Shown here one piece after another: positions 14,396 to 31,795 of a stretch of 64,000 nt of DNA. The notes under the pieces were generated by a model. The model was not told the DNA's origin. It did not search any database and worked only from the letters and a program-made list of their open reading frames with translations. How positions within the stretch are numbered: the first letter of the stretch is position 1; each line of letters starts with the position of its first letter. Location: the NCBI RefSeq assembly GCF_009914755.1, contig NC_060944.1, one strand, 5' to 3'. Origin of the DNA: the human T2T-CHM13v2.0 reference genome, Homo sapiens. The position numbers and the translations under genes were made by a program.

Positions 14396-17155
14396 CTAAG
14401 AGAACTGTTCATAATTGATGACAGTAATGAAGGTGCCTCAGAAACAATGAACAGGTTCGCTTCTGATTGCTGCAAAGTACCTGGGTAGCTCCGTCACCTG
14501 CAAAGGCAGAGGAACAATACCCAGGGTCTAATAATTGCTTACTCAAACTAACAAAAGGAGAAAAAAAAAAGAGGAAGTAGAGAAGGGGCAGCACTCTAAA
14601 TTATTTAATGTGATTCCCATGCTTGGGAAAACACTGAATTCATGCAACCAGCAGGAGCTGGAATGCTCCTCAGTATAAAAGGCACCATATAAAAAGAATT
14701 ACTGAATCCAAATGCAATATTCATTTTCATTTAACATCCAACTACCTAGAGGATTGAGGTAATGAGTCTGGGGCTCTATTTCACACTTAAAAGCTGAAGT
14801 GTGAAGCCAGAGGAAAGGACTGGCTTAGCAGATCAAAATGTAAAAGGATTAGCCCACAGGACAAAAAAAATGGTCCAAAAAAAGGAAAAAATGGTCTTAA
14901 CATCCCAAAGATATTTCCAAAAATTCTTTCTGATTTTCTTTCCTTTGACCAAGACAGCACAATTTTCCCTCCCTTCCTTAGTGACAATGATTTCAAAGAC
15001 AGATTTCCATGTAGAGACACGAAGTCTGGAGTTCCCAGGCTAATGTCCGAAAGCAATGGCACTGCACAGTGGGGACCTTGCCATTCACCCCAAAGACTGA
15101 AACTATAAAGTCTGAAGATTACACACAAGCATGTCACCATTCTCACCGCAGCAGTCTGGGGAGGAGATGAAGTCAACGGGAAATCAGAACTTTAAAAGAC
15201 AGTGTCTTTACTTGACAAAATGATTCCTTCTTTACTTCAAAGGTTCAATTCACACATGCTCAGAATCATGAAACTTCAGATCTGAAAGGGACCCTAGAAT
15301 CTGCACAATAGTCCAGTCTCCTCAGTTCACAGAAAACAGGAAAAAAAATTCATACCTAGTTATTGGTAAAGTCAGACAGGAGCCCAAACCTAATCTCAGT
15401 TTAATATGAGCATGAGACCAAGAGGGCACCTCCTATGGTTATAAATAAGAATCATAAGGCCGGGTGCAGTGGCTCACACCTGTAATCCCAGCACTTTGGA
15501 AGGCCAAGGAGGACGGATCGCCTGAGGTCTGGAGTTAGAGACCAGCCTGGCTAACATGGTGAAACCCCATCTCTACTAAAAATACAAAAAAAAAAAAAAA
15601 AATTAGCTGGGCATGGTTGCAGGTGCCTGTAATCCCAGCTACTCAGGAGGGTGAAGCAGATTGAGAATCACTTGAACCCAGGAGGCGGAGGTTGCAGTGA
15701 GCCAAGATCGCACCATAGAACTCCAGTCTGGGCAACAAGAGAGCGAAACTCCGTCTCAAAAAAAAAAAAAAAAATCATAAACATAAGGACCTTTGTGTCA
15801 AGCTCTGTGCTAAGCCCTTTTATGTGCATATTCTACTTAATTCTGACAAGTAGCCTGAGAAAGGTAGTATCCTCTATTTGAAAACAAAATGAATCTGCCC
15901 ACTCCAAGCTGATCTGAACCCAGATCTCTTTTCAACCACATTGTATGTGCTTCAGGAATATCTTAATAATTCTCAACTTTGGGCAAGTTAATGACTCAAC
16001 TTGACTTATATGATCATCTATAAATTGAGAGATGTAGTCAAAAGTTTAGAATTCAAAGATCTCCCATAACTGATAACATGACACTCAAATGCTGGGTACC
16101 TGGGTAGCTCCAGGATTTTAAGTGGATCTTAAAATCCCATTAATTTTTCCTCACAATTTTCTACAAAACATAACTCGTGTGCAAAGGCAAGCACACCTTT
16201 ATTGGCTACTAGAAAGTGAAGAACAACTGCCCTTTTCCCCACAGTGCACATAGGCCTGCCTCTTCTCTTCAGCCCACACCCAACCTGCTTGCTTACGATT
16301 ATCTGTTTGTCTTAGCCAGTGGTAACCTCCCTTTTTCTCTATTTCTCTGACAGGCCTCAGCAGCATTACATTGCTCACTTCTTACGTGCTAAGGTTTTTC
16401 TTTGCCTTATGTGATTAGATGTGCCGAACATACTTCCAAGATCTAAAAAGCAGCAAAATTTAGGGAAGCAAGAAGTCAATTGTATTCTGGCCTTCTGCTG
16501 CTTTGGAATTTCTGCTCTCTCAGAGAGCTCTAAAGAGGCATGGCAACACAGAGCCCCTCCTTCCTGGTGATTATTATACAAGGCTCCCACTGGCCTGTTC
16601 AGCTGGGGCGGGGGGAGTTGATGCTGGAACAGAATCATCTGCCGGCTAGGTATCCTGGAACAGTAATTAATACTGTTTGAATGGCTGAGACTATCCAAAA
16701 CCAACCACTTTCTTTCTACTAAAGAAAATTTCAACTCCAAACCCAAGACCTGGCTTCCAATATAGCAAAAACTCCACAAAGAGAACATAAAACATCACCA
16801 AAGTCCTGGTCAAAAGTGGTGCTGTTTACTTTTGTAACATCAACCTGTTCTCCAAACACGGCTTCCTCCTAAGAAGAAGGGACAACACTATACTCAAATA
16901 TGTGCGCAAGAGTGCATGTGGATTTGGAGCAAAAAAAAAAGGTGTCCTTCACGGGATAAGGCTCTTTAATTCTCTGAAGTGAAGTAACCCATATTTCCCC
17001 ATATGTATTTCATTCTAGAAAGCTCAGAAACTGAGTGTGCTGAGGGATTCAGAGGGCTTTTTCATGTCAAGAAAAAAAAAAGGCTATTTTCAGACTACAC
17101 TTGAATGGGGAAAATCTGAAATTTTCATGTGGTTATTAGGAAAAGTTGTATTTGA

Positions 17156-17493
<338 letters not shown>

Positions 17494-17581
17494 TAAAATC
17501 TTAGGAATGGCCGGGCACGGTGGCTCACACCTCTAATCCCAGCACTTTGGGAGGCTTTGGTGGGCGTATCATCTGAGGTCA

Positions 17582-17830
<249 letters not shown>

Positions 17831-18338
17831 TTAAAATCTTAGGACCAATGTTTATGTAGAATGTAAATGAATTATCAACTTTCTATATATGAAAGCATCT
17901 CACTAGCTTTATTGAGGTATGATTTCTTAAAAATTCTCTAAAAGATTGACTAAGATGCAGTTCTAGTTTTTCAAAGGGCTTTGGGATTTTTTGAAAGTAT
18001 CAGATCATTGAAATCAAGTCACTTGCTCAAGGTCATTCGATCAAATCAGGTAAGATTAGAATTACTGGCTCCTGCCTTCCAAAAGCCAGCCATAAATCAA
18101 ATTTCTCTTGGAACTAAGCAGGCCAAAAATGTCAAAATCATTCCCCATCTCTTTTCTTCAGTAATCAAGGAAAGAGAAAAATTAGTTTAAATGTAGAACA
18201 GAATTTCAATTAATAAAATGTCATCGGCCAGGCGCAATGGCTCATGTCTGTAATCCCAGCACTATGGGAGGCCAAGGTGGGCAGACCACGAGGTCAGGAG
18301 TTCAAGACCAGCCTGACCAACATGGTGAAACCCCATCA

Positions 18339-18584
<246 letters not shown>

Positions 18585-19862
18585 CTAAGGTCAGTAACCT
18601 CTACACAACCTTGCCATATGATGGTACCATAAACTTATTAAGATTTTAAATCAGCACCTCATATGTATATTTATAAATAGCTCGCTTCTGTTATCTTTTA
18701 AAAGACCTGATCAGACTGGAGTACGGAAGTACTCTGAGCTCTCGGATTTTTTTTTAAGTTAACAGGTCATAAATAAATTCAAAAGTTTTCTGCAGAACCC
18801 TGAAGGGAATAGGGATATTTCAACATTGCAAATAAAACAAGTGATTAAATAAATGAGAATCATAAAGGCCAGAGGGTAGAGGGTTGAAGAGAAGGGACAT
18901 CACATTTTTATGCAACATTATTACCTTGCTCCTTATCAAATCCACCACTTTCTCTCTTTCACTCTCTCACTTTCTGTCCCAACCTTCTCCTTTTAAATTG
19001 CTGATATAAAACACTACTTCCAAAATTAACAATACAAACACAACTCCCGGCCAGGCACGGTGGCTCACGCCTGTAATCCTAGCACTTTGGGAGACTGAGG
19101 TGGGTGGATCACTTGAGGTCGGGAGTTCGAGACGAACCTGGCCAACATGGTAAAACCCCATCTCTACTAAAAATACAAAAATTAGCCAGTGGTGGCAAGC
19201 GCCTATAATCCCAGCTATTCTGGAGGCTGAAGCAGGAGAATCCTTTGAACCTGGGGGGCAGAGGTTGCAGTGAGCTGAGATCACACCATTTCACTCCAGC
19301 CTGGGCAAAAGAGCGAAACTCCGTCTCAAAAAAAAAAAAAAAATTCCAACGAAGTCGTATTTTTAAAACATTAAATGGATCAAATGGTATTATTATAGTA
19401 GCTGAGGGCATTTTATATTTTTTGCAAACACACTATTAATAGTCTTATTTAGTAATTTTCCTCATATCCAATTTTCTATGTGAGATGGTACCCCATTTCA
19501 CGGATGACTCTCAAGTCCAAGAAAAGTTTCCTTTGCTCTTAGAATACGGGTCACCCACATTAAGTGGCATTAGAGCTCAAAAATACTAAGTTAATGGTTA
19601 GGCTGAAATTTTGGCTGGGTTACAGTATACATGGACAATTCATAACATTTATAGCTACATGATTTTTCTTATTTCAAATTCAAGTCTACTATTTCTGAAT
19701 CTCTTGGAGTGATGATATCTCTAGCCCTTGAGCACAATGTAGCCACAGGGTATACAAAGCAAATCAAAAGCAAGCACTGGAAAAAGTTAAACCTAGAAGG
19801 AAATATAAGTCCAATAATTCCACTGTGCCAGAAAACAGAATTGTCATTGGGAAATTTATTAA

Positions 19863-20109
<247 letters not shown>

Positions 20110-21734
20110 TAGCTGGGATTACAGGCACCTGCCACCACGCCCGGCTAATTTTTGTATTTTTAGTACTGACAGGGTTTCACCATCTTGGATAGGCTGGACT
20201 TGAACTCCTGACCTCATGATCCACCCACCTTAGCCTCCCAAAGTGCTGGGATTACAGGTGTGAGCCACCGCACCCAGCCAACCTAGTATTATTTTCTAAG
20301 CTCATTTTAATAACTATTCAAATAAGGTCTTCATAACCCAAGGAACACAAAACAACCTTCTATTTCTCCAGATTGCCTTAACCTTGAAAAAATTTGCCGC
20401 CCCACTGTCCAAAGCTAGACATTCTAAAAATTTAAGTTCAACAGAGCCTGTGCATCATAGTGAGATCCTGTCTCTACAAAAAACTGTTTTAAAAGTTAGC
20501 CAGGCAGGGTGGCATGTACCTGGAGTCCCAGCTACTCAGGAGGCTGAGGGAGGAGGATCCCTTGTGCCCAGGAGATCAAGGCTGCAGTAAGCTATGAGCA
20601 TCACTGCATGACAGCCTGGGCAACAGAGACTCTCTATCAAAAAAAAAAAAAAAAATTAGTAGGAAGGGCAAACAGCTAAATGTAACTACTCCACATCCTT
20701 TTTTTATTGTTCCCCTTTCTCACAAACAAAATTTCCATCCTAAGTAGAATTCCCCTTCAGAAGGCTTACATTCAAGGGGATACAGTACTAATGAAAATGT
20801 AAGTGCTCTGCCTCTTTTTCAGCTATCAGTGATATAGGATTCTAGGCATGGCAGTAGCACATCGCTTTACACAGGGGTTCCACTGACCTAAAAATCTACT
20901 GTTGAGGAATCTTAATTAAATTGATAAGTTCCATTTCTGTTGAAGAATCTGGCTTCTAACCTTTCTATCAAAAGGGTGATTACCATCCCAGTGGGATATA
21001 GTTTTCCATTTAGATATAGCTGATTTATGGACTCAGACCAGAAGTACCTGTCACTTTCACAAAAGGAGAAAAAAAGGATTATGGCTCTAAGACTGCCTCT
21101 AGGTCCAAATCCCATCTTTTCACACCCATTTTTATTAGAGTCTAATAGCCAACATGCTAATGAACTCTTTTCTCAGTTAATTCCACTAATTAGTTATCTC
21201 TTCTTGTTCTGCCAGAATCCCAACCCTTTTACAATCTACTCATCAAATCCATCAGGCCACATATTATGCCTTCCTAGAGGAACACTTTTCGTGATGACAC
21301 TTTGTAAACAAGGCAATCTGATGCTGCCTGTTCTATCTTCCCAGATCTAGTTGATAGTTCAAAACATCAACATTAACCACAAGTAAAATATGCTTAAAAA
21401 ATAATCAGGAGACGATCTCCTGCTCTATCTGGAAATTTCTCTATTCAGCTAGTTCTGCGTTGACAGGTCAACAGAGAATGGCACTAGTTATTGCTACAAT
21501 CCTAAAAGGCATTTCCCTACAGCTAAACCATCAACCCTTTCCTAAAATCCATATAATCCAAAATTTTTCTAGCAGAATTTACTCTCCCTGCCCCTACCCC
21601 AGCAGCATCTTCTGATCATTTTTCACCATAAACTGAGGTTTCCTCATAGTGATGCCAAGTCAGGCAAACACATTCCTTAAGCGTTCCACCTAACTCCCTT
21701 CTTCCTGGAAGTTACATGTAATAGCTGCCTTTAT

Positions 21735-21950
21735 TTACTTATTTTTAAAACTCTTCAAGCACCAGGTACAGTGGTAAGTGCTTTTAAAGAACATGTATCT
21801 ACTTCCATCCTTAACACTGTATGAGATTGGGACTCACATTCCCATTTTACAGAGGAGAAATGCAAAGGCTTAGTAACCTGCCCAAGGTCATACAGGGCAG
21901 AGATTGGAATCCAAGTCTGACCTCTGTGTCCTCCGCTCTTAACCTTCATG
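21735..21950 (-). mobile_element. MIR (other MIR relics at ~2840-3030, 15780-15930, 24890-25080, 27710-27930, 37140-37260, 56990-57130, 57860-58070, 59200-59330, 62210-62380)
   Basis: MIR core CCCATTTTACAGAGGAGAAA...GTAACCTGCCCAAGGTCA. Confidence 0.75.
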
Positions 21951-23137
21951 CTGTCTTTCCTTCTGATCTCTTCCTGTCCTAACTGGTGCCCTGTGGTCTT
22001 ATAAAAGACTATGCTTGGGGCAGGCGGGGGAGGGGTGGGAGGGTCAGTTTCTCCAGAGACCGCCTTTCCTTTAAAGGATAAGACTTTGAAAAGAAGGAGT
22101 ACCCATTACATCTTTCCTCCATGCTCCCCCTTCTCACCTGGTACCATTTCCCAAAGGCCCCAATCATATCCCCTTCTCTACGGACAATTTAAACTTCTCC
22201 TTTGTCCACAGAGCAGGCACTATCCAATACTGAAGAACCACACCATCTACCCTCAAGGCTAGGAGAGGGCAGAAGTGGAAGAAAGAACACAGACAGCACC
22301 CCTTCCCCAGGTCTTCAGTTGAGAAAGAAGCTGTGGCTGAAAGTCTGGGGGGCTGGGGGCAAAGGTGACAAGGATGTGCCCTTGTGGGTACGCGAGGTGG
22401 GGGGGGGGGGAGATGGGGAAGAGGCATGGGACGCTCAGGGGATTAGCAGGAGATTGAATGGGGGTGGACCTCTGTAAGGGGAAGGGGGGTGCCACCGGCA
22501 GGCAGAGAGATCAGGCCACTGAAGAGGTGAACGTGAGTTAGGGAGGAGGACCTGGAGGTGGATGTAATAGGGGAAGTAGAGGAAGAAAGGGGAGGGAGGG
22601 GGCTCACGGGAGCAGGAAACGATGGAGTCATGGGGAGTGGGGGAGGATGGATGGGAGCTAGAAGGTGGGGCGGCCTGGGACCCGGGCACATGGGCTCGGC
22701 GAAGAGCGGGCGCGCCGCGGGGGACTGGGGTGCGGGGAATGCCGGGAATGGGGGTTCGAGGAGACCCCGGGGAAGGGAAGGGGAAGCGGGAGTTCTCGAG
22801 CAGAGGAGCGGGAAGTGGGAGTTCCAGCGAGGCAAGAGCGGGAAGGGGGTTCCGGAGCAAGGGGCGGGCGTGAAGGTACAGTCGGGTTCGCGAGGGTGGC
22901 GTTAGGAGGGGCGGGGTGGGCCGGAGGCTGGCGCGGGAGAGGGATCCCGGGCGCCTGTTGGGGTGCGGAGGGCAGGAATGTCCTGGCGTCCCCGAGAGCC
23001 GGGCCAGGACTCCGGAGTCTTCGGAGGACCAGGCTCAGGGCCGCCTCCCGGCCGCGGCCCCTTAGGGAGGGGCGGGGATTCCCCGGGTCCCTCAAGGCCA
23101 GAGCGGCAGCCGCCGCGGTCCCAAGCCCCCTTCCTAC

Positions 23138-23252
23138 CTATGCCGGGCGCCACATAGACGAAGTACAGCAGCGAGGACGAGAGAGAAAAGAAGAAGAGCG
23201 CGGCGAGCAGCGAGCGGCGCGGCAGCCGCAGCAGCCCCCGGCGGGCGCGCAT
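23138..23252 (-). CDS. B4GALT5: Beta-1,4-galactosyltransferase 5, coding part of exon 1 (cytoplasmic tail + signal-anchor TM, residues 1-38 + 1 nt)
   Basis: Translates MRARRGLLRLPRRSLLAALFFFSLSSSLLYFVYVAPGI, recognised as the B4GALT5 N-terminus. ATG context GCAGC-ATG (A at -3); in-frame TAG upstream at 23273-23271; phase-1 donor ATAG|GTAGGA at 23138/23137; lies in a CpG island. Confidence 0.97.
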
Positions 23253-23445
23253 GCTGCAGCCAGGCGGCCGCTAGAGAGCCAGGCCGGGCCTGCTCCCGCA
23301 GCTCCCCGTCCGCCGCCTCCTGGGCCGCCGCCGCCACCGCCTGGGCCTCGGCCACCGCCTCCCGGGCCTCGCGGGCCGCCACTCGCCGCCGCCGCCGCCT
23401 CGCCGCTCCCAGCCGCCGGCCGTCGCGGGCCGGGCCACATGAAGC
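23253..23445 (-). other. B4GALT5: B4GALT5 exon 1 5'UTR (approximate; TSS not determinable exactly)
   Basis: GC-rich leader with GGC repeats between the GC-box cluster and the start codon; the upper boundary is inferred. Confidence 0.6.
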
Positions 23446-23807
23446 GGGCGGGGGCCAGAGCGGCCCCGAGCGGGCGCAGCGGCGGGGGCGGAGGCGGGGC
23501 GCACGCGCGGGAGGCGGGGCCAGTGCCGCCGGGCACCGTCGCAAAAGACCCGCGCGCTTGCGCTCGCCGCCGACCCTCGCTCGGCGCCCACAGCAGCCCG
23601 CATGGAGTAATCGCCAAATGGCGACAGACCCTCTCCCAGTGCGGCCACCGCCCAGGCTTTCGGGGAATGTCTCCCAAGTGCTCCGCGCTAGCTCGTCCCC
23701 CATCTCGGGGGCCAAGGGGCCATCTACAAAGTCTGACTCATCTCGTTGCCCACTGCAGCAGAAGAGTGGGGACTGCAAGGCTTGGGGGTTCGGCCTGGTA
23801 TACACCC

Positions 23808-24290
23808 TCATTCATTCATTCATTCATTCATTCAATTCACCATTTATTTATTGAATGCCAGACACAGTTGTTGGCGCTGGGCATGCTACAGAGAAAAAAA
23901 ACGATAAAAATCTCTGTCTACTTGAAACTTACATTATGTGAGAGATAAAAGAAACAAATCAGCTAGTAATATCAGGTACTGGTAACACATATGAATACGA
24001 TAAAACAGGAGGATGTATTGCAGGCAGGCTGGAGTGGTCAAGGAAGGCCTCACTGAGCAGTGACACGAACTGAGATATAAAAGGGTGAGAAAGCGCCAGC
24101 TTTTTTGAATAAGCTGGGGAAAAAGCAGTCATACCAGGGGGAACAGCAGGTGTAAAGGCCCTGAGGTAGGAAAAGGGCTGATCTGCCCCCGAGTTGAATC
24201 CAAGGCCAACATGGATAAAATCCAGTGAAGTAGGGGGGGAAATAGGGATGAGCTTGGAGCTGTAGTCAGGGATCCTACTGTATCAGAAAT
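23808..24290 (-). mobile_element. L2 3' end with a (TTCA)n tail
   Basis: TTCATTCATTCATTCATTCAATTCACCATTTATTTATTGAATGCC followed by L2-like GGAAGGCCTCACTGAGCAGTGACA...AAAGGCCCTGAGGTAGG. Confidence 0.75.
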
Positions 24291-25421
24291 AGCATAATGA
24301 TAACAATTGTCAATGTCTCTAGACTTCTGCTGAGAAACATGGACTTCACTCATGCCATGAAATTCCCCCACCAGTCTTGAGATGTGTGCTGTTATTATTA
24401 CTATCATACAAATGAGGAAACTGAGGTTTCTAGATGGAAAGGCAATTCACCCAAGCCTTGCAGTAAGGGCTTAAATCAAAACTGGCCTGTCTCCCATGTC
24501 AGGCCCTTGACCTCTAGGTTGTAACTGTCTCAGCAGTCTGTATGGCCTCTAATTCTTATCCTGCAGGCAAATCGGTATCCTATCCCCATCACCTGGGTAT
24601 GGGACCATATCCAAAAAAATGCTTTCAGATCAGCATCAGCTCAAAGGACCTCAGAAGGCAATGAACAGTCCTAGAAATTTATGGCAAGAAGCAGTAGCCT
24701 CAAGGAGCTGGACTGAGGAGGCCAGTGTCCCTGTGTAGACATATCTGAAACTAGGGTACTGTCTTGGAATGCCAGAAGCAGTGGGGAGGGGAGAGGACTT
24801 TGCAGGGATTCTGTGAGAATCAACAATAATTCTGATTTATATTCCTAAAGTGATTTCTACTTTTTACAGTGTTTCTTTGATCCTTTAAGTGGGGAGTCTA
24901 GAGCCACACTGCCCAGGTTCTCTGACTCCCAGCTTTTCCATTGTTAGCTGTGTGACCTCACGCAAGTTAAACTCTCTGTGCCTCGGTAAAATGGAGGAGG
25001 TTATTAGCAACCTCATCAGGTTGTTGCGAGGATTTAAGTAATACATGCAAAGTGCACATAGTAAGAGTGCTTAGCTGTCACCTAATTCAATACCCCTGGA
25101 GAATGGTATGGTGGAAGAGAAGAGGCTTAAACGATCAAAAAGGAAAGCAGAGAATTTTGACTCAGATAGATGTGAGTTCAAATCTCGGCTTGGCATCTCC
25201 TGGCTGTGTGACTCTGGGAAAGTCACTTACCTCTCTGAGCTTCTCTATTCATCACCTGTGAATCGGACCCAGTGCTGCCCACCCCACGGGGATGTGATGT
25301 GGATTCGATGAAATAGTGCAGGTAAGGCCCTGGACCAGAAATCCCAGACTAGCCGGAATCATCTAACTTGCAAATAGTTTTTGTTGGCCCACACAATGGC
25401 CCCTCCCAACCCTCGTATCTA

Positions 25422-25937
<516 letters not shown>

Positions 25938-26194
25938 TTACATTATCCTTCAAAACCACAGTAATACTAAGAGAATTAACAATTATACCATAACATTCTG
26001 TAACATCCGGTCTGTTCTGGATAGACAGAGAAAGAGAAACCTTCCTACATTTAAACTATGTACCAATGATCAGTCTCTATTTCTGACCTATCTGAAATAA
26101 CAAGGCATCAAAATAAATTGGTTATGTTTTAGGCCGGGTACAGTGGCTCACGCCTGTAACCCCACCACTTTGGGAGGCCGAGGCAGGCAGATCA

Positions 26195-26802
<608 letters not shown>

Positions 26803-27059
26803 TAGTAGAGACAGGGTTTCACCATGTTGGTCAGACTGGTCTCGAACTCCTGACCTCAGGTAATCTGCCTGCCTCGACCTCCCAAAGTGCTGGGATTACA
26901 GGCATGAGCCACCGCCTCCGGCAGTTTATGTTTTTAAATGGAAGAAAAAGAAGTATGTCAGGAGTATCCAGGGATCCCTACCTCAAACTCCTTCCTCCAC
27001 ACTACTTTTTCATCTCCAAGTTAGGTTTCCAACTCACTAAAGCATGTATTCATTATATA

Positions 27060-27390
27060 TTCATTTGACTATTCAGCTCCTCAGACAAACTCACTGTATT
27101 CTAATCTCTGCTCAAATGTTACCGTCTCAAAAAGACCTTTCCTCTAAAGTAGCTTTCTTCTCCCCATCCCAGCACTCTCTATCCATAGCCTTCCTCAGCT
27201 TGATTTTTCTCCATAGCACTTTTTATCCCCTGACATTCTACTATACATGTACGCGTTTACTTGTTCATTTTCTTCTCCCAGATCAGAATGTAAACTTCAC
27301 GAGAGCAGGGATTTGGTTTCACTCTCTGCTGTATCCTTGCACCTAGCACAGTGCTCAGCAGCCAGTAGGCGCTGAATAATTGTTGAAGGA
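27060..27390 (+). mobile_element. L2 3' fragment
   Basis: CTCAAATGTTACC...AGAATGTAAACTTCACGAGAGCAGGGA...CACCTAGCACAGTGCTCAGCA...AATAATTGTTGAA. Confidence 0.75.
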
Positions 27391-28055
27391 CGACAGGTGT
27401 GCAGTGACTGTGTGCTGGGCATGGCAGATGCAAAGATGACTAAGACATTCTTGCAGCCTAGTGACATATGAGCTACAGGAAAGTGACTAACTGAGGGACA
27501 CTGTCATAAGGGCAGGACTCAGCATGGCTGGCAGTAGGAAAAGGTGTTCTGTGAGATTCTAGATGGTCTTTGAAGGGACATTGAGACAGGTTTGCTCAAG
27601 GGGCAGTGAGAAGAGGCCTGCCTGGTTGGAGCAGCTAGTCCTGCCAAGGAAAAGAAAGAGGTGAGGGGTGAGGCTGGAAGAGTGAGGTCTGACCCTGTGG
27701 CTCAGCATGGGCCCTGGAATTAGATGGATCTGGCTGCCAGTCTTCCTTCCTCCCTGCCCTCACTCTGTCATCTTGGCAAGTCACTTCACCTCTCGGAACC
27801 TCCATTTCCGCATCTGTAAAATGGAGATCAGACAGTTCCTTCTTTCTAGGATTGTGCACAGATTACAAATAGTATCTCTATAAAGGGCCTGATATGTAGG
27901 AAGTGCTCAATCCATGGGAGCCATCACTATTCTTAACTTTTTCCTCTGAGCCATAGAGAGCCCTTGAAGGTTTTAGCGCAGGGGAGTGGCCTAAAGAAAG
28001 GGAGGTCCTTGGTGAAATCTCGGGAGAGCACAGGTTGGGCCTCTTGTGCTTGTCA

Positions 28056-28457
<402 letters not shown>

Positions 28458-28579
28458 TCAATGTTGTTCAGAGCAGCCACCCACCAGCTAAGTTCCAGAA
28501 TGAGGAGGAGATGCTCCCAACTCCATTTTGCCAACAATGACAAGTAGCATGAGCAATAAATAAAGCCTCTGAGATATAG

Positions 28580-28921
<342 letters not shown>

Positions 28922-29110
28922 TAAATATACCGTTCTGCAACTTGCTTTCTCCTGACATTATTTTTATAAGATATTTCCATAATGATACATGTGGCTCAAG
29001 TTTATTCATTTTCACTGCTGTGTAATATTTTATCATATAACTTGGCCTCACCTTTTAAAATCCTTTTTCCTAATGATGTCTATTTAAGTTTGTTCCAATT
29101 TTTTCCTCAT

Positions 29111-29971
<861 letters not shown>

Positions 29972-29996
29972 CACAAACATGACTGCGATGTATGCG

Positions 29997-31221
<1,225 letters not shown>

Positions 31222-31496
31222 TGAACAGGTGAGGTATGCATATCTTCTGCTTTACTATTTTCCAAATTGTTCTCAAAAATGCTTGTAGCAATTTATACTC
31301 CTAGCAGCAGTGAAGGAGGGCTTCCTTTATTTCCTGCTTCACCCACCGTTACTGTAATCAGAATTTTCCAGGGTTTGGTCCTTCTGCCACCAATCCCCTC
31401 TGAAGAGAGAGAGTAAGGTAAAAGTTAGCAAAGGCCTCCAAGAGCTTTGATTCTGTACAGGACTATGTCTTTGCTGTCAAAAAAAACTGACTTATA

Positions 31497-31795
31497 GCCA
31501 GGCGCGGTAGCATGAGCCTGTAGTCCCACCTACTCGGGGGGCTGAGACAGGAGGATCACTTGAGTCCAAGAGTTCTGTGTTGTAGTGTACTATGTCATTT
31601 GGGTGTCTGCACTAAGTTCGGCATCAATACAGCAACCTCCCAGGATGGGGGGACCACCAGGTTGTCTAAGGAGGGATGAACCAGCCCAGGTTGGAAATGG
31701 AGCAGGTCAAAACTCCAGTGTTGATTAGTTGTGGGATTGCGCCTGTGAATAGCCACCGCACTCCAGCCTAGGCAACATTATGAGACCCTGCCTCT
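31497..31795 (+). pseudogene. 7SL (SRP RNA) retro-pseudogene, full length (RN7SL-P type)
   Basis: Alu-domain 5' end followed by the S domain (GGGTGTCTGCACTAAGTTCGGCATCAAT...GGACCACCAGGTTGTCTAAGGAGGG...GAGCAGGTCAAAACTCC) and the 3' end GCCTGTGAATAGCCAC...GAGACCCTGCCTCT; 299 nt; A-rich tail; TSD AAAAACTGACTTATA at 31482-31496 and 32119-32133. Confidence 0.93.

Larger units (their letters stand above)
22670..23720. promoter_or_regulatory. CpG island / TATA-less B4GALT5 promoter
   Basis: Very high GC and CpG density; several GGGGCGG/GGCGGGG Sp/KLF boxes at 23445-23520; NRF1-type GCGCACGCGC at 23499-23508; no TATA box seen. Confidence 0.9.

Noticed and set aside
15416-15432. CTCF-like GACCAAGAGGGCACC
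   Set aside because: Lacks the 5' CC of the core motif; unsupported without ChIP data.
22902-23137. Continuation of the 116-aa B4GALT5 ORF past ...VAPGI
   Set aside because: Read-through into intron 1 beyond a clear GT donor; does not match the known protein.
22665-23948. 427-aa + strand ORF and other long ORFs overlapping the CpG island
   Set aside because: Low-complexity G/P/R/A sequence expected from stop-poor GC-rich DNA; antisense to B4GALT5 exon 1 and ends in an L2 (TTCA)n tail.
31497-31795. Functional 7SL RNA gene
   Set aside because: Many substitutions including CpG decay, an A-rich tail and TSDs, no oligo-T terminator; a retrocopy lacks the upstream promoter element.
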